From the IMG/VR virus record IMGVR_UViG_3300045996_000607, positions 22,292 through 86,291 of that record: a stretch of 64,000 bases of DNA; one strand, written 5' to 3'. The position numbers were made by a program, and so were the translations under genes. Below the pieces are notes generated by a model. It was not told where the DNA came from. It was given only the letters and a program-made list of their open reading frames with translations, and ran no database searches. Positions 36,612 to 46,190 of the stretch are shown here, in pieces (the stretch's first letter is position 1; every line of letters starts with the position of its first letter). Origin of the DNA: a virus.

Positions 36612-36993
36612 CTTCGTGGCGCAGACCGCGGTCCCGGTCACCGTCAACAACCTGACTCCGACGTTCTATGTCATGTGCGTTGCGGTCGTTGGCCTGTTCG
36701 GCATCCTCGTGCGCCAGTGGGTGCCCTACAAGAAGCTGCTGGTTGAAGAAGACGCGAGCCTGCGGGCGGATCTTCTCAAGCGCATCTCCGAGCTTGAGGC
36801 CGAGCTTAGCGAGGAGCGCCGGCGCTGCGACGAGAAGATGTCCAAACTTCAGGCGCAGTTCGACGGTCTACAACGCATGGTGATCCAGTGGCAGGTTTCG
36901 TCTGGTCGCGCATTCGAGCTCGGCGGGTCCAGCGAGGCCGCCAAAACAATACCGCGCGTGGAAGAGCATCTTGCGAAACGAGGTCAGGAATGA
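36598..36993 (+). CDS. TM + coiled-coil lysis-cassette protein (holin-like?)
   Basis: GGGGAG RBS with TTG start; ATGA-coupled to the endolysin. Confidence 0.55.
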   Translation: MWLSSFVAQTAVPVTVNNLTPTFYVMCVAVVGLFGILVRQWVPYKKLLVEEDASLRADLLKRISELEAELSEERRRCDEKMSKLQAQFDGLQRMVIQWQVSSGRAFELGGSSEAAKTIPRVEEHLAKRGQE

Positions 36994-37571
36994 ACCGCAA
37001 ACCCATCTTCGACGCAGTTCGCGCACAAGGTGTCGACTTCAACCGTCCCGGCGCCGTGGAGATCCTCGACAATGCCCTGTCGTTACTCGGGATGCCGAGG
37101 GAGGATGCGTTAGCGCCCTCCTCCGTCGCCGTGGCACTGATCCAGCGTTTCGAAGGTTGCCGGCTGCAGGCATATCCGGACCCCGGCACGGGCCGGGATC
37201 CATGGACGATCGGCTGGGGCAGCACGACCGACGAGCTTGGACAGGCGATCAAGCCGGGCACCATCTGGACGCAGGAGCGCGCTGATAGCCGCCTGAAGGA
37301 TCAGGTGCGCGACTTCGGCAACAAGGTCGCCGCGGTGCTGGACGGCGTGCCGACGACGCAGCACCAGTTCGATGCCATGGTGAGCCTGGCATACAACATC
37401 GGCATTCGGGCGTTCGCCGATTCCACGCTGGTCAAGCGCCACAAGGAGGGCGCCTATGCGGGTGCAGCGCTCGAGTTCCTTCGCTGGAACAAGGCCGGCG
37501 GAAAGGTGCTTGCGGGCCTTACGAAGCGTCGGGACGCGGAAAGCTGGCTGTACAAGGGGTTGACGGCATGA
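36990..37571 (+). CDS. Endolysin, GH24 lysozyme
   Basis: FEGCRLQAYPD..TG..PWTIGWG, QFDAMVSLAYNIG, RWNKAGG.VL.GL..RR. Confidence 0.93.
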   Translation: MNRKPIFDAVRAQGVDFNRPGAVEILDNALSLLGMPREDALAPSSVAVALIQRFEGCRLQAYPDPGTGRDPWTIGWGSTTDELGQAIKPGTIWTQERADSRLKDQVRDFGNKVAAVLDGVPTTQHQFDAMVSLAYNIGIRAFADSTLVKRHKEGAYAGAALEFLRWNKAGGKVLAGLTKRRDAESWLYKGLTA

Positions 37572-37828
37572 ACACCGGCATTCCCCACCTGCGCATCGTG
37601 GTAGCCGCCTGCGTCGCAGCGATCGTCGGTTACGCGATCTTCAGCGCCTATGTCGTGATCGTACTCCGGGACGCCACGATGACGGGCGACACGATCGGCA
37701 CGTGGAAGAGCTTCGCGGTGCTCGCTTTTGGATTTTGGCTGGGATCGAGTTCGGCCGGCAAGACCCGCACCGATGCGCCCACCGGCAAGCCTAACGATCC
37801 TGTGAGCGTCGAGGAAGTGAAGCCCTGA
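37568..37828 (+). CDS. Holin-like two-TM protein
   Basis: Two TMs with FWLGSS motif, after the endolysin. Confidence 0.65.
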   Translation: MNTGIPHLRIVVAACVAAIVGYAIFSAYVVIVLRDATMTGDTIGTWKSFAVLAFGFWLGSSSAGKTRTDAPTGKPNDPVSVEEVKP

Positions 37829-38006
37829 CCGCTCGCCACAGCCATAGCACCGGCCCCGCGACGATAGCCATGCACCCCGGCTCGGGAGAGTGCTGATCCT
37901 TGCGTGATTCGCTCATCCCGCGATCGTAGGCAGGTTTTGGGCGGGTTGGGTAGCGTATCGCGGGGCCGATGCTTGATAACCCTCACCAACCTGCTAGCAT
38001 TCTCCC

Positions 38007-38135
38007 ATGGATCTACGCGAGATTATAGCCGCCGCAATTGCTCTACTGCTGTTTGCAGGCGCGGGTTTCGGCGTCTGGTCTTTCCGCCGCATGGTTTATC
38101 ATCGGCGTCATGGGCGGTATCCGAAGAAGGGGTAG
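38007..38135 (+). CDS. Small membrane peptide
   Basis: MDLREIIAAAIALLLFAGAGFGVWSFRR...; convergent with the leftward operon. Confidence 0.35.
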   Translation: MDLREIIAAAIALLLFAGAGFGVWSFRRMVYHRRHGRYPKKG

Positions 38136-38139
38136 CAAC

Positions 38140-38364
38140 CTAATTCCTGATAGCGCTGCTGGACGTGTCCCTGCGCGGGATCACATCGACGGGCCGCTCT
38201 CCGCACTTGCATCGCAGCCGGGCCTTGAGCTCGTCCAGCGTCAGGTCGCCCAACCGCTCGAGCAGTTCCTTCGCGCTCATCACCCGGATACGCTTGCAGC
38301 CGGGCTTGTGGCAGCCGACGTGGACGTTCAGGCCGTCTGATACGAGCGTCGAAAGCTTCCTCAC
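38140..38364 (-). CDS. Small Cys-containing hypothetical protein
   Basis: C...C / CKC motifs; end of the leftward operon. Confidence 0.55.
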   Translation of the reverse strand: MRKLSTLVSDGLNVHVGCHKPGCKRIRVMSAKELLERLGDLTLDELKARLRCKCGERPVDVIPRRDTSSSAIRN

Positions 38365-39004
38365 CCCAACGCCATCCAGCAGGCGGCAAACACCAGCATG
38401 CCGAAGAAGCCGCGGAGGGTGCGGCGGTCGGTTAGCAGGCGGGTCACCGTTTCAGCCGAGCCTTGATCCGTTCCGTGCGAGCATCAGCGAAAATCGCGTC
38501 GATCTTGGCCGTGACCCGCGCAACAGCATCGGCGGCATAATCACGCCGCGGCCGGAAGTGGTAGTTGATCTCGGCGGGCTCCTGATCCCAAGGCATCCTC
38601 AATCTCCTGTCACAAGGTGCGGTCGGGGTTCAGGGCGGCGGTTATTGCCGAGCAGATTTCCTGTATGAGCGGAGGTCTTTTTCCTTCTGCCAAACCGTAC
38701 TCGGACCAATCCTGCCCGGGGGGCGCGGCCACGACGCAAACAACAAAGCTATCCTTAGTCGGGCCGTAACCTTCCGGGAGCCACGTAATATGCCATGGAT
38801 CCCGACAGCCAGCATCTAGCCCACTCGACGGGATTCGATATTCGCCGCCATATCCTACAGCACACCGACCTTTCCGCTCCACCATCTCACTTGCCACCGA
38901 ACATCTCCTTCGCAATCTTGCGGCGCTCGCTCAGCGCTCCAGCCATGTGACCAGATAGAAAAGCAAGGATGATAAACAGGTCGCCGATGACCATATCACT
39001 CACA

Positions 39005-39232
39005 TCATTCTCCCTTACCGGAGGGGGTTAGCTTGGCGTACAGGGCGCAGGCTTTGTACACTTCCGCAGGGTAGGTTAGAGGGTTCCTCGGAGTCGCCAA
39101 GAGCCCAGCCAAAGCCGCCTGAGCCTCCTCGATCAGTGCGGCGGCTTCCTGAATGATCGCGTACGTCGTGGCAGGCGCTTGATACATTGCCTCCTCATCG
39201 ATCTCGCGCAACCGCTCCACAATATCCATCAT
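39005..39232 (-). CDS. Small hypothetical protein (DIVERLR...EAA..IE)
   Basis: Common phage early-gene motif; coupled. Confidence 0.6.
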   Translation of the reverse strand: MMDIVERLREIDEEAMYQAPATTYAIIQEAAALIEEAQAALAGLLATPRNPLTYPAEVYKACALYAKLTPSGKGE

Positions 39233-39582
39233 CTCTCCCCTTGGGCGCGTTGAAGGTGGGCTGCCCCTACCCGTTTCCGATAAGCGAGGGGCAAGCTCGA
39301 CCAGTCGAAGTCATCGACAAACTCTCCGCAATGATGCTGGCGCGGGGTGAACGGGTGCCCTGCACCAACCGGAGCGCTTATACCGCTCATCCCCAACATG
39401 CTGGCGCGCTGATCTCCCGACATCGGTGCGGCCTTTCGGCATTCACCCACTATCGATGTGACCGAATGCCAATGGTCGCAGCCTGCGCAGCAAGGACCGT
39501 GCTGCCAATAAAAGATGTCAAGCACGGCCTGCCTCTCGGCCACTCCCGCTATCTCAGCCTCTTGGGGGGTTGGCGGGGTCAT
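39229..39582 (-). CDS. Cys-rich hypothetical protein
   Basis: GPCCAGCDHW...GEC...HCGEF; start at ATG 39582. Confidence 0.65.
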   Translation of the reverse strand: MTPPTPQEAEIAGVAERQAVLDIFYWQHGPCCAGCDHWHSVTSIVGECRKAAPMSGDQRASMLGMSGISAPVGAGHPFTPRQHHCGEFVDDFDWSSLPLAYRKRVGAAHLQRAQGER

Positions 39583-40214
39583 TGCGGCCGTTCCTTGGCG
39601 ATGCCTTCGGCCCCGGCTGTCGCGGCTGCGCCGTCGAGCTGCTGCGCATCTCGCCCCTTCGGGCTTCCATCCGTATCGTGGAGCGCACGGCAAGCCGCGA
39701 AGTACGCCCACGCGGTTGGCGGGAGCCATGTGTTGCCGTCCTCGTCGGTGAAAGCCTCAACCCGCAACAGGTCTTGGACACTCGCATATGCGACCCCGAC
39801 CGACTTGCCATCTTGGTTGTAGATGCCCCGCGCCACCGCCTCTGGCGTGCTGATGATGCGGTCGATAAGCACCCACTGCTCCAAGGTCAGCCGAGCGTCT
39901 ATCTGACACCGGAACCCACTATCGGCCTTGAGCGTGACCTTCACCGTCGACGTGTCGAACGGCAGCCAGCCCCCTTGACCGGGGCACCACTTGCTTTGGT
40001 GCCACTCGGTTTCATCGATCTGTCCGCAAGCCACGCATCGAGGCGTTCCATCGCGCACCTTCTTGCTGAGCGGGTGAAAGCGAAGGACCTCCTTGCCGCC
40101 GATGTCGATCGTATCCTCCCGCGAGGGATTGAAGCCGCTTGCGGCCGAGACCGCAGGGCTCGGTTCACGAAAGCCCGTACCCGTCAGGGGCGCGCCTAAA
40201 TCTCCATCATTCAC
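39579..40214 (-). CDS. Hypothetical protein bounded by inverted E elements
   Basis: ATGA coupling at both ends; begins in E2 and ends in E1. Confidence 0.55.
   Translation of the reverse strand: MNDGDLGAPLTGTGFREPSPAVSAASGFNPSREDTIDIGGKEVLRFHPLSKKVRDGTPRCVACGQIDETEWHQSKWCPGQGGWLPFDTSTVKVTLKADSGFRCQIDARLTLEQWVLIDRIISTPEAVARGIYNQDGKSVGVAYASVQDLLRVEAFTDEDGNTWLPPTAWAYFAACRALHDTDGSPKGRDAQQLDGAAATAGAEGIAKERPQ
39597..39678 (-). repeat. Branched-hairpin element E1
   Basis: GATGGAAG-CCC(GAA)GGG-GCGAGA-TGC(GCA)GCA-GCTCGAC-GGC(GCA)GCC-GCGACAGC-CGGG-GCC(GAA)GGC-ATCGCC. Confidence 0.7.
40121..40196 (+). repeat. Branched-hairpin element E2
   Basis: Near-identical to E3, with a compensatory stem change. 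Confidence 0.85.
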
Positions 40215-40468
40215 GCGGTATCTCCTTGATTCATCCCTGCTATTTCAGCGTTGAGGGAGGGGGTGTAGGCGACGCGATCCCAATCCGACGTAGGGTTGGT
40301 GCAGAACTCCCCGTGCTTCCATCCGTAGCCGCGCATGTGATACATTCCGCCGTCACGACACAGGTAGGGGCCGTTATCCCAATCACGCGGGGCGTTCGGA
40401 TAGTCGGGATGATCGGGGCCGTATGCCTTCATCCCGACAGGAATCGTCAATGCAAGAAGATCGCTCAT
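40211..40468 (-). CDS. Small protein, IP.GMK...P.DWD.GP.L...VAYTP family
   Basis: Shares its domain with 44792-45601. Confidence 0.6.
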   Translation of the reverse strand: MSDLLALTIPVGMKAYGPDHPDYPNAPRDWDNGPYLCRDGGMYHMRGYGWKHGEFCTNPTSDWDRVAYTPSLNAEIAGMNQGDTA

Positions 40469-40683
40469 CAGAAGCCTCCCGTCTTGGCGTGCTGAAAGCA
40501 GAACAGGTTGCCCAGCCCATGACCGTCGCGACGCTTGCAGCGGTAAAGATGCAGAGCCATCGACCCGCGCCCCGCGTACCCGGCGCATCGCCCCGGAGAC
40601 CAAGCCAACGGCTCGTGATCCTCTATGAAGCACTCGTATCGGCGCGCCTTGACGCGATCGATTTCAACAGCATCCTCGCTCAT
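40468..40683 (-). CDS. Small Cys/His hypothetical protein
   Basis: GGAGG RBS; C.R..GHG...FC.QH. Confidence 0.6.
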   Translation of the reverse strand: MSEDAVEIDRVKARRYECFIEDHEPLAWSPGRCAGYAGRGSMALHLYRCKRRDGHGLGNLFCFQHAKTGGF

Positions 40684-40720
40684 GCTACACCTCCCAGGCG
40701 CGCTATCTCGGATTCGGGGG

Positions 40721-40963
40721 TCATTTGGCATTCTCGTGTTGAGCCGGCCACCGCTCCGGGTGCTCGAGCGCGTCGCGAAGGTCCGCCGCCATCTGCGGGT
40801 TCTCGTGCTGAATACTGGCGGCATAAGTCTCGATGGCGCGCCAAGCGTGAATGTCGCCGGCAAAGTCGAGCACGATGTAGCGGGCCTCGGGTCGGCAGGG
40901 TTTTCCGTCCGTGCGGGTGACGTTGAAGCGAGCCTCGAACCCGCCGTTGGTTTCGCGTGTCAT
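40721..40963 (-). CDS. Small hypothetical protein
   Basis: GGAGG RBS; F.V.RTDG...YIVLD..D.HA. Confidence 0.6.
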   Translation of the reverse strand: MTRETNGGFEARFNVTRTDGKPCRPEARYIVLDFAGDIHAWRAIETYAASIQHENPQMAADLRDALEHPERWPAQHENAK

Positions 40964-41676
40964 GCTGCCATAGCCTCCAGTCTGTCGGCGTAGTTTCGGC
41001 GCCCGCGCCACGCGGCATGGGCTTCAACGAACAGGTCCGCCTGCCTGTCCTGCCAGTCGTATCGGTGACCGTTCTGCGCGAGGCTGGTGCTGTCACAGCT
41101 CACAAACGGATAGTCGCTCCCGACCAGCACGCCGCGCAGCATGTGCAGCGGGTGCCAGCGGTTGCCCATCAGGGCCGCAACTTCGTCCATTTTCCAGCGG
41201 TATGCATCGCAGCCGACCGGCTCGAGTTTGGGGTCGCCAATCCAACCAAGGCAAACCCTGTCGTAGCGCTCGCAGAGACGGCCTAGACGATCAATGGGGC
41301 CGTCCATATGCCAGACCGGCGCACCCCGTGACGTGCCGTGCGGCCACTCGTTCAGCAGCCCATCGTTGAGCTGGGACGGAGCGGCGGGTTTGTCGGGGAT
41401 GATGGCCCAGCGACCGGGTTGCCAGAGCCGTTGATCGAGCCACGCGTAATATGCTGACCAATCCTGCCGCCCCGCATCCATAGGATCGGCACCAGCCCGA
41501 ACGGCCTGCATCCAGTAGGAGAACGCGCCGTTGTCGTACATCAGGAACGCGCAAAGCTGCTCCGCCAGCGTCGTCTGATCGGGCCGGAAGAAGCTGACGC
41601 ACGCGGCCCGCTGGCGCATAACCTGCTCGAACGCCGCGTTTGGCGTCATGGGAGTGCCGTGGTAGCAGAGCGCCAT
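40960..41676 (-). CDS. TGT/DpdA-like protein (putative DNA base-exchange enzyme)
   Basis: YHGTP, DNGAFS, IIPD, PVWH, HMLRG, DSTS motifs; coupled to a QueD-like gene. Confidence 0.6.
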   Translation of the reverse strand: MALCYHGTPMTPNAAFEQVMRQRAACVSFFRPDQTTLAEQLCAFLMYDNGAFSYWMQAVRAGADPMDAGRQDWSAYYAWLDQRLWQPGRWAIIPDKPAAPSQLNDGLLNEWPHGTSRGAPVWHMDGPIDRLGRLCERYDRVCLGWIGDPKLEPVGCDAYRWKMDEVAALMGNRWHPLHMLRGVLVGSDYPFVSCDSTSLAQNGHRYDWQDRQADLFVEAHAAWRGRRNYADRLEAMAA

Positions 41677-41984
41677 CACCGCAGCGCCTCCGGGACGGGC
41701 CACTCTGCGCCCATGCGCTCACGGTCGCGCTTGACGACAACGCGGACGCAATTGACCAGCGAGCCCACTGCGCGGGCGATGTCCTCGTTCCACTCAATCT
41801 CAGGCGGGAGCTGCTTGCCTTCCCAGTTGGCACACATGGCGTCGAGCATCGCCAGATAGCAGCGCGCGTCGGTGTGCCGCCGAACCCGGAACGCCGCCTC
41901 TACCTCCCACCTATGGACGTGAGGCTCAGCCTCCGCGCACAGATGCGACGCGGTGAACGAGCTCCAGACGGTAATGAGGGCCAT
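41676..41984 (-). CDS. QueD/PTPS-like T-fold protein (divergent)
   Basis: FTASH...HVHRWEVE and NEDIA; GCGGAG RBS before ATG 41984. Confidence 0.6.
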   Translation of the reverse strand: MALITVWSSFTASHLCAEAEPHVHRWEVEAAFRVRRHTDARCYLAMLDAMCANWEGKQLPPEIEWNEDIARAVGSLVNCVRVVVKRDRERMGAEWPVPEALR

Positions 41985-41998
41985 CTCCGCCGTTTCGT

Positions 41999-42160
41999 GT
42001 TTTCCACTCGCGCCCAGAACACCAGCCTTTTCAATGGCCGGTTTTCCAAGAACGCAAGGTGACTCTGGCGGATTTTCGTGCATGACACCTATCGCAATTT
42101 TAAGTGGATATCGACGCATATACTAGGCAGACTTTGGGGTGTTTTCCAAGCGTTTTCGAT
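41999..42160. other. Putative intact attP (arm-type repeats flanking an AT-richer core)
   Basis: GTTTTCCA at 41999, 42041 and 42141, plus GTTTTCGA at 42152, around the int stop; phage genes lie on both sides. Confidence 0.55.
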
Positions 42161-43184
42161 TGCCGCTCTTTGTTCCCTCCCATTTCAGGACCGCCGCAGA
42201 GCCGAGACGCTTGTTGTTCCGGCGCCGTGCGTAGTGCTCGACCATCCCGAGCGATTGCCCTGTGATCGATGAAACCTCGCCCGTTGAGCAGCCGGCCTCG
42301 AGCAGGGCATTCACAGCATTCTTGCGGAGGCCGTGGGGCACCACCTCGTAGCTGAGTGTGCGGGCAAACCGTTGCAGGTGCTTGCGCAGCGTGTCGACCT
42401 TCATTGGCCGGCCATTGCGACCATAGAGGATCGTCAGGGCCTCGCGCGGGGTTGCTTCCAGCAGCGCCTTCAGGTCGCTGTGTAGCTGGATATCCAGCTC
42501 CTTGCCGGTCTTCTGCTGCTTCACATAAACGAAGCCGTCGCGGATATCGGACCATCGCATCTTGCACACGTCGCCGATCCGCTGGCCGGTATAGTAGAGC
42601 AGGCCCACCGCGAGCCCGACGTTTGCATCAGCAAGCGCGGCCTCAATCAGATCCTCGGGCCATGGCTCGTGCTCCTCCTCCGACTTCTCGCCGAAGTCGA
42701 TGCCATCGGTAGGGTCGATCTTGATCCATTCCCGCTTGATCGCGAACCTCATCAGGTTCTGCATCACGGCGAGCACCATCTTTGCGGCGCCCGGTGTTGC
42801 TGACATCTTGTCGAGGAGCGCCACGATGTCGGAGCGCTCAACTTCAGCAAGCGGTGCATCCCCCATCTCGGCCTCGATCCGCCTGATGTAGATCAGGTAG
42901 GTGTGCTGCGTGCCGTTGCTGCGGCGGGTGAACTTCTCGCTCTTCTGGTACGCGCGGCTCAGGTCGGCAACCGTAGTGTCGCTCTTGAGCGCAGCCCGCG
43001 ACGTGCGAGCGGCCAGCAGCGAAGCATACACACCGCCATAGCTCGGGTCCGACTTCTTGGGCAGGCGCTTGTAGACACGCTTGCCGGCGACCGTCTGACC
43101 GGTGTCGAAATACTCGTAGTCATTGCCCCGCGCGCGGACCTTCTTGATGAAGTCGGGATATGAGGCGACCAGTTTACGCGGCAT
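42123..43184 (-). CDS. int: Tyrosine integrase
   Basis: YTGQRIGD, QQKT, HGLRK, SITGQS...HY catalytic residues. Confidence 0.95.
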   Translation of the reverse strand: MPRKLVASYPDFIKKVRARGNDYEYFDTGQTVAGKRVYKRLPKKSDPSYGGVYASLLAARTSRAALKSDTTVADLSRAYQKSEKFTRRSNGTQHTYLIYIRRIEAEMGDAPLAEVERSDIVALLDKMSATPGAAKMVLAVMQNLMRFAIKREWIKIDPTDGIDFGEKSEEEHEPWPEDLIEAALADANVGLAVGLLYYTGQRIGDVCKMRWSDIRDGFVYVKQQKTGKELDIQLHSDLKALLEATPREALTILYGRNGRPMKVDTLRKHLQRFARTLSYEVVPHGLRKNAVNALLEAGCSTGEVSSITGQSLGMVEHYARRRNNKRLGSAAVLKWEGTKSGNRKRLENTPKSA

Positions 43185-43407
43185 TGTAGAGCTTCGATTT
43201 GCTGCGCCAGTTCGGCGTGGTGTCGTTGGTCAGGCGGTTCAGGTGCTCATCGATCGCCACGCGGCTCCAATGCTCACTGTTGCCCAGCTTGACCGGTCCC
43301 GGCAGCCGGGCTGCGGCAACCTCGCGCTCGAACTCCGCCGCGGTCAAGTCGCAGTACAGGGCAGCCGTTGCCCGGCGCATCATTCGAGGCCAGCCTGGTG
43401 CCGTCAC
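43174..43407 (-). CDS. xis: Excisionase/AlpA-like protein
   Basis: PRMM...AALY......F...V...RLP.P...W...ID; immediately upstream of int. Confidence 0.7.
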   Translation of the reverse strand: MTAPGWPRMMRRATAALYCDLTAAEFEREVAAARLPGPVKLGNSEHWSRVAIDEHLNRLTNDTTPNWRSKSKLYNAA

Positions 43408-43799
43408 GGCGTTCCCTCCCCCACCCCCGCGCTGCCGGTCTTGCCGGGGCTGAGGGCCTGCAGGATCTCCCGGCTTTCGGTGCAGAACCAGTCGTAGGCG
43501 CCCTGCCAGTCGGCGCGCTCTATATCCTCGTCGTCCATCTCGGATGTCGGGCGCTGTTTGGCCATTATGCGCAGCCGCTCGATCGCGTCAGAATCCGTCT
43601 CCGGATCGAGCGTCGATGCGACCGGGCGGGTGTTGAGGCGATGGCGGGCGATCTTCTGCATCTTCTCCCAATGGTCGAACTCGCCATTAAGGATGCGCTG
43701 AAACCCGCCCTCATTCGGCACCACGTCGAAGCCCATCAGGAAAATGAAAAGCTCCCGATCAGCCCGCACCACCTCTGCCGGCGCGCTTGTTTCAGTCAT
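43404..43799 (-). CDS. Early hypothetical protein (DR..F/ARHR domain)
   Basis: Coupled; shares a domain with 2916 and 49884. Confidence 0.6.
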   Translation of the reverse strand: MTETSAPAEVVRADRELFIFLMGFDVVPNEGGFQRILNGEFDHWEKMQKIARHRLNTRPVASTLDPETDSDAIERLRIMAKQRPTSEMDDEDIERADWQGAYDWFCTESREILQALSPGKTGSAGVGEGTP

Positions 43800-43975
43800 G
43801 GGACGTAATCCTGAAGGCGGGTTTCTCGCGCGGGTCCGTCTCTTCCCACATCTGGCCGATCATGCTGCAGCTAAGCGCGTGAATCATATCAGCGGTGAGG
43901 CGGCATCCCGTCCCCCGGTTATGGGCTCGGCGCATCCGATTGAGTGCGTCTTGGGCGGCAGCGAGAACACTCATA

Positions 43976-44512
43976 TCACCCCTCCTCCCTCTGTTCGTTG
44001 CTGGCATCGTCCCGCCCTCCGTCGTTGGGGGTGAGGGCTGCTCGGGCTTTTGCGCGCAACCGGATGATCTCTTTACCCGCTTGGATCATCATTCGGGCGG
44101 CGTTGACATCTCCCTGCCTCTCAAGGGCTCGCGCCATCACGCCAAGGTCTTTCGTCCGGACAAAGCCATCCTCCCCCGTCTCGCCGCTATGGGAGGGGAT
44201 CAAGGCAAGGATGGCGTCGGCGGCGGAAAGTTGATCCAGCCAATGCGCCGCCGCCATATCGGACCCGCGCGCGAATGTCGGCCCGCTGACCTTGGCCGCA
44301 ATAATTTCCGCCACCCGTTCCCGCGAAGGAACCGCCGGCATTGCGGCTGCGGGTTCGGTGAAGGCGAGCATGGCGCGGATTATCGCGTCGTTGTCTTGCA
44401 TTGTCAGGTTGACGCGCCCATTCGCCACGTCTTCTCGCTTCTGCTGCTCGCGCGCTTGACGCAGCACCTCTCGCGCACACTCGGCCAGCGCCTCGGATCG
44501 GGAGTTGGTCAT
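43976..44512 (-). CDS. Early hypothetical protein
   Basis: RE.VA.II...ADAILAL motif, also seen in 1785-2450. Confidence 0.55.
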   Translation of the reverse strand: MTNSRSEALAECAREVLRQAREQQKREDVANGRVNLTMQDNDAIIRAMLAFTEPAAAMPAVPSRERVAEIIAAKVSGPTFARGSDMAAAHWLDQLSAADAILALIPSHSGETGEDGFVRTKDLGVMARALERQGDVNAARMMIQAGKEIIRLRAKARAALTPNDGGRDDASNEQREEG

Positions 44513-44603
44513 AGGGAGGTGTCCTTGGTGGCGAGGGCAAGTGCAGCGCGCACAGCGGCTTCCTGAATGCGGGCAAGCGCGATCTCGTAGGCTTTGATCT
44601 GCT

Positions 44604-44795
44604 TCATCGCGGCTTCCTTCCCGTGCCGCTGCACTCGCTGGGCGACCGACATTCCTGCGCGCGCTCACAATGCGTCGAGGGGCAGCGCTTCCAGTTGTCC
44701 AGAATGTCTGTGCGGCACCAATCCTCGTGATAGGTAAGGTGCCCGCATTCCTTGCACGGACCCTTTGGCCCTTCGAACAGGCTGAGGATGCTCAC
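44604..44795 (-). CDS. Small Cys-rich protein
   Basis: CPSTHCERAQECRSPSEC; GAGGAG RBS. Confidence 0.55.
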   Translation of the reverse strand: MSILSLFEGPKGPCKECGHLTYHEDWCRTDILDNWKRCPSTHCERAQECRSPSECSGTGRKPR

Positions 44796-45601
44796 GCCCC
44801 CTCCTCCGCTTCGGGCTGCGGGGTCGCGGCGGCTACCATCGCTCGCCAGATGTCGGCCAGCATGCCCGCATCCAAGTCGGGAATCGGTTCTTCGCCGATC
44901 CACGTTCCGTCCCACGCTGCGATGCACATCGCCTCGGTCGGCTCCCTCGGCACCACCACCAAATCCCCACCCGGCTGCACTGCCGGGGCGGAGAGAAGGG
45001 CGTCTGGCGAACGATAGTTTTTCAGCCACACCAAATGCTGGCGGGCGGCGATGCGGAGGAAGAGCGAAAGGCTAACCCCGCGTCGGTTCGCTGCCTTTGT
45101 GATCTCCTTCCATTCCGGCGTCGGCACCAGCGTTTGGATGTTCTTGCCGGGATCGCCTTCGCGAAATTCGGCAAGCATCTGATCTGCATCCGCGAGAAGA
45201 GCCGACTCCATCGCGTTGACCTCGCTGGCTGCGCAAAGGTATCCCGCGCGGAACACATGCCATTGCTGCTGCTGGCTCGGGGAAAGATTGTCGTAGTGCG
45301 CTCCTGCCCATTCGTCGGCAGAACTATCGGCCAAAGCCTCCCGCAAATCCTGCCCGGAGGATGCTGCTGGCGGGGTCTTCGGGGTGTAGGCGACAACCTT
45401 GTAATCGCCAGCGAAGTCTAGCCAGCGCTCATCTCCGGCGCGGTCTGGTAAGGCGAAGGTACGCCAGCCGCTCACACTCTCCATGAGCACCGGCCCACCA
45501 TCCCAGTCAGCAGGCGCACTATCGCCGCCGTGGCATTCCTTCATGCCCTCAGGGATAACCTCCCCCGAGGATGCGATGGGGGGCGTTTGGGGAGCGGTCA
45601 C
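44792..45601 (-). CDS. Multi-domain early hypothetical protein
   Basis: DWDGGPVL domain, RHH-like segment, VVVPREPTEAM...IWRAMVAAA C-terminus. Confidence 0.65.
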   Translation of the reverse strand: MTAPQTPPIASSGEVIPEGMKECHGGDSAPADWDGGPVLMESVSGWRTFALPDRAGDERWLDFAGDYKVVAYTPKTPPAASSGQDLREALADSSADEWAGAHYDNLSPSQQQQWHVFRAGYLCAASEVNAMESALLADADQMLAEFREGDPGKNIQTLVPTPEWKEITKAANRRGVSLSLFLRIAARQHLVWLKNYRSPDALLSAPAVQPGGDLVVVPREPTEAMCIAAWDGTWIGEEPIPDLDAGMLADIWRAMVAAATPQPEAEEGA

Positions 45602-45828
45602 TTGGAAGCCCTCCGGCGCATAGCCACGACGCGACTTGCTTCCGGCACGCGCTCGGCATCGCGATCGGTACGATGCAGCACCAGATCTCCCGGCTGCTTT
45701 TCAGTGCGCTCGACCGTGACGCGGCGGTATCCGCGAGCGGCGAGGAAATCGTGGTAAGACATCATCTGTCCTTTCTGCCCGGTGGGTAAGAGGGGAGCCC
45801 ACCGGGCGTTGCGCCCATCGGGGCGATC

Positions 45829-46176
45829 TCAGTGCGTGGGAGCCCCCACAGAGGCGGCAGGCGCGGGCTTGCGGGGCTTGCCACCGGGGATGAGGTTGGC
45901 GACGTTGCGGCGGTACTTGAGGGCGTCCTCGCGGTAGCCGTCGCGCTCATCCTGCGCAGTGATGCGCTCGATGGCACTGGCGTTCGCATCGGACAACGCC
46001 GCGCGAAGGTAACGAAGCACCATCTCTGCGGTGGTCTCGTCGTGCCGAGGCTCCGGATGCAATCCTAGCACCTTCAGGCCGTCAGTCAGCTCGCCAACCA
46101 TCTCACGCAACGCTGCGGCGCCGTTTGCCTTTGCTTCGGCCACCATCTGATCACGCGTGCTCTTGAGTACCAACAT
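45829..46176 (-). CDS. Hypothetical protein
   Basis: GAGGAG RBS before ATG 46176. Confidence 0.6.
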   Translation of the reverse strand: MLVLKSTRDQMVAEAKANGAAALREMVGELTDGLKVLGLHPEPRHDETTAEMVLRYLRAALSDANASAIERITAQDERDGYREDALKYRRNVANLIPGGKPRKPAPAASVGAPTH

Positions 46177-46190
46177 GGTCGTTCTCCTCT

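Noticed and set aside
42065-42110. tRNA-Leu(TAA) fragment as att core (ACTTAAAAT on the minus strand)
   Set aside because: Only the anticodon-loop-like 9-mer is present; no T-arm or acceptor stem follows
41985-42119. N-terminal extension of the QueD-like ORF across the att region
   Set aside because: Good RBS and ATG at 41984; the extension has no family motifs
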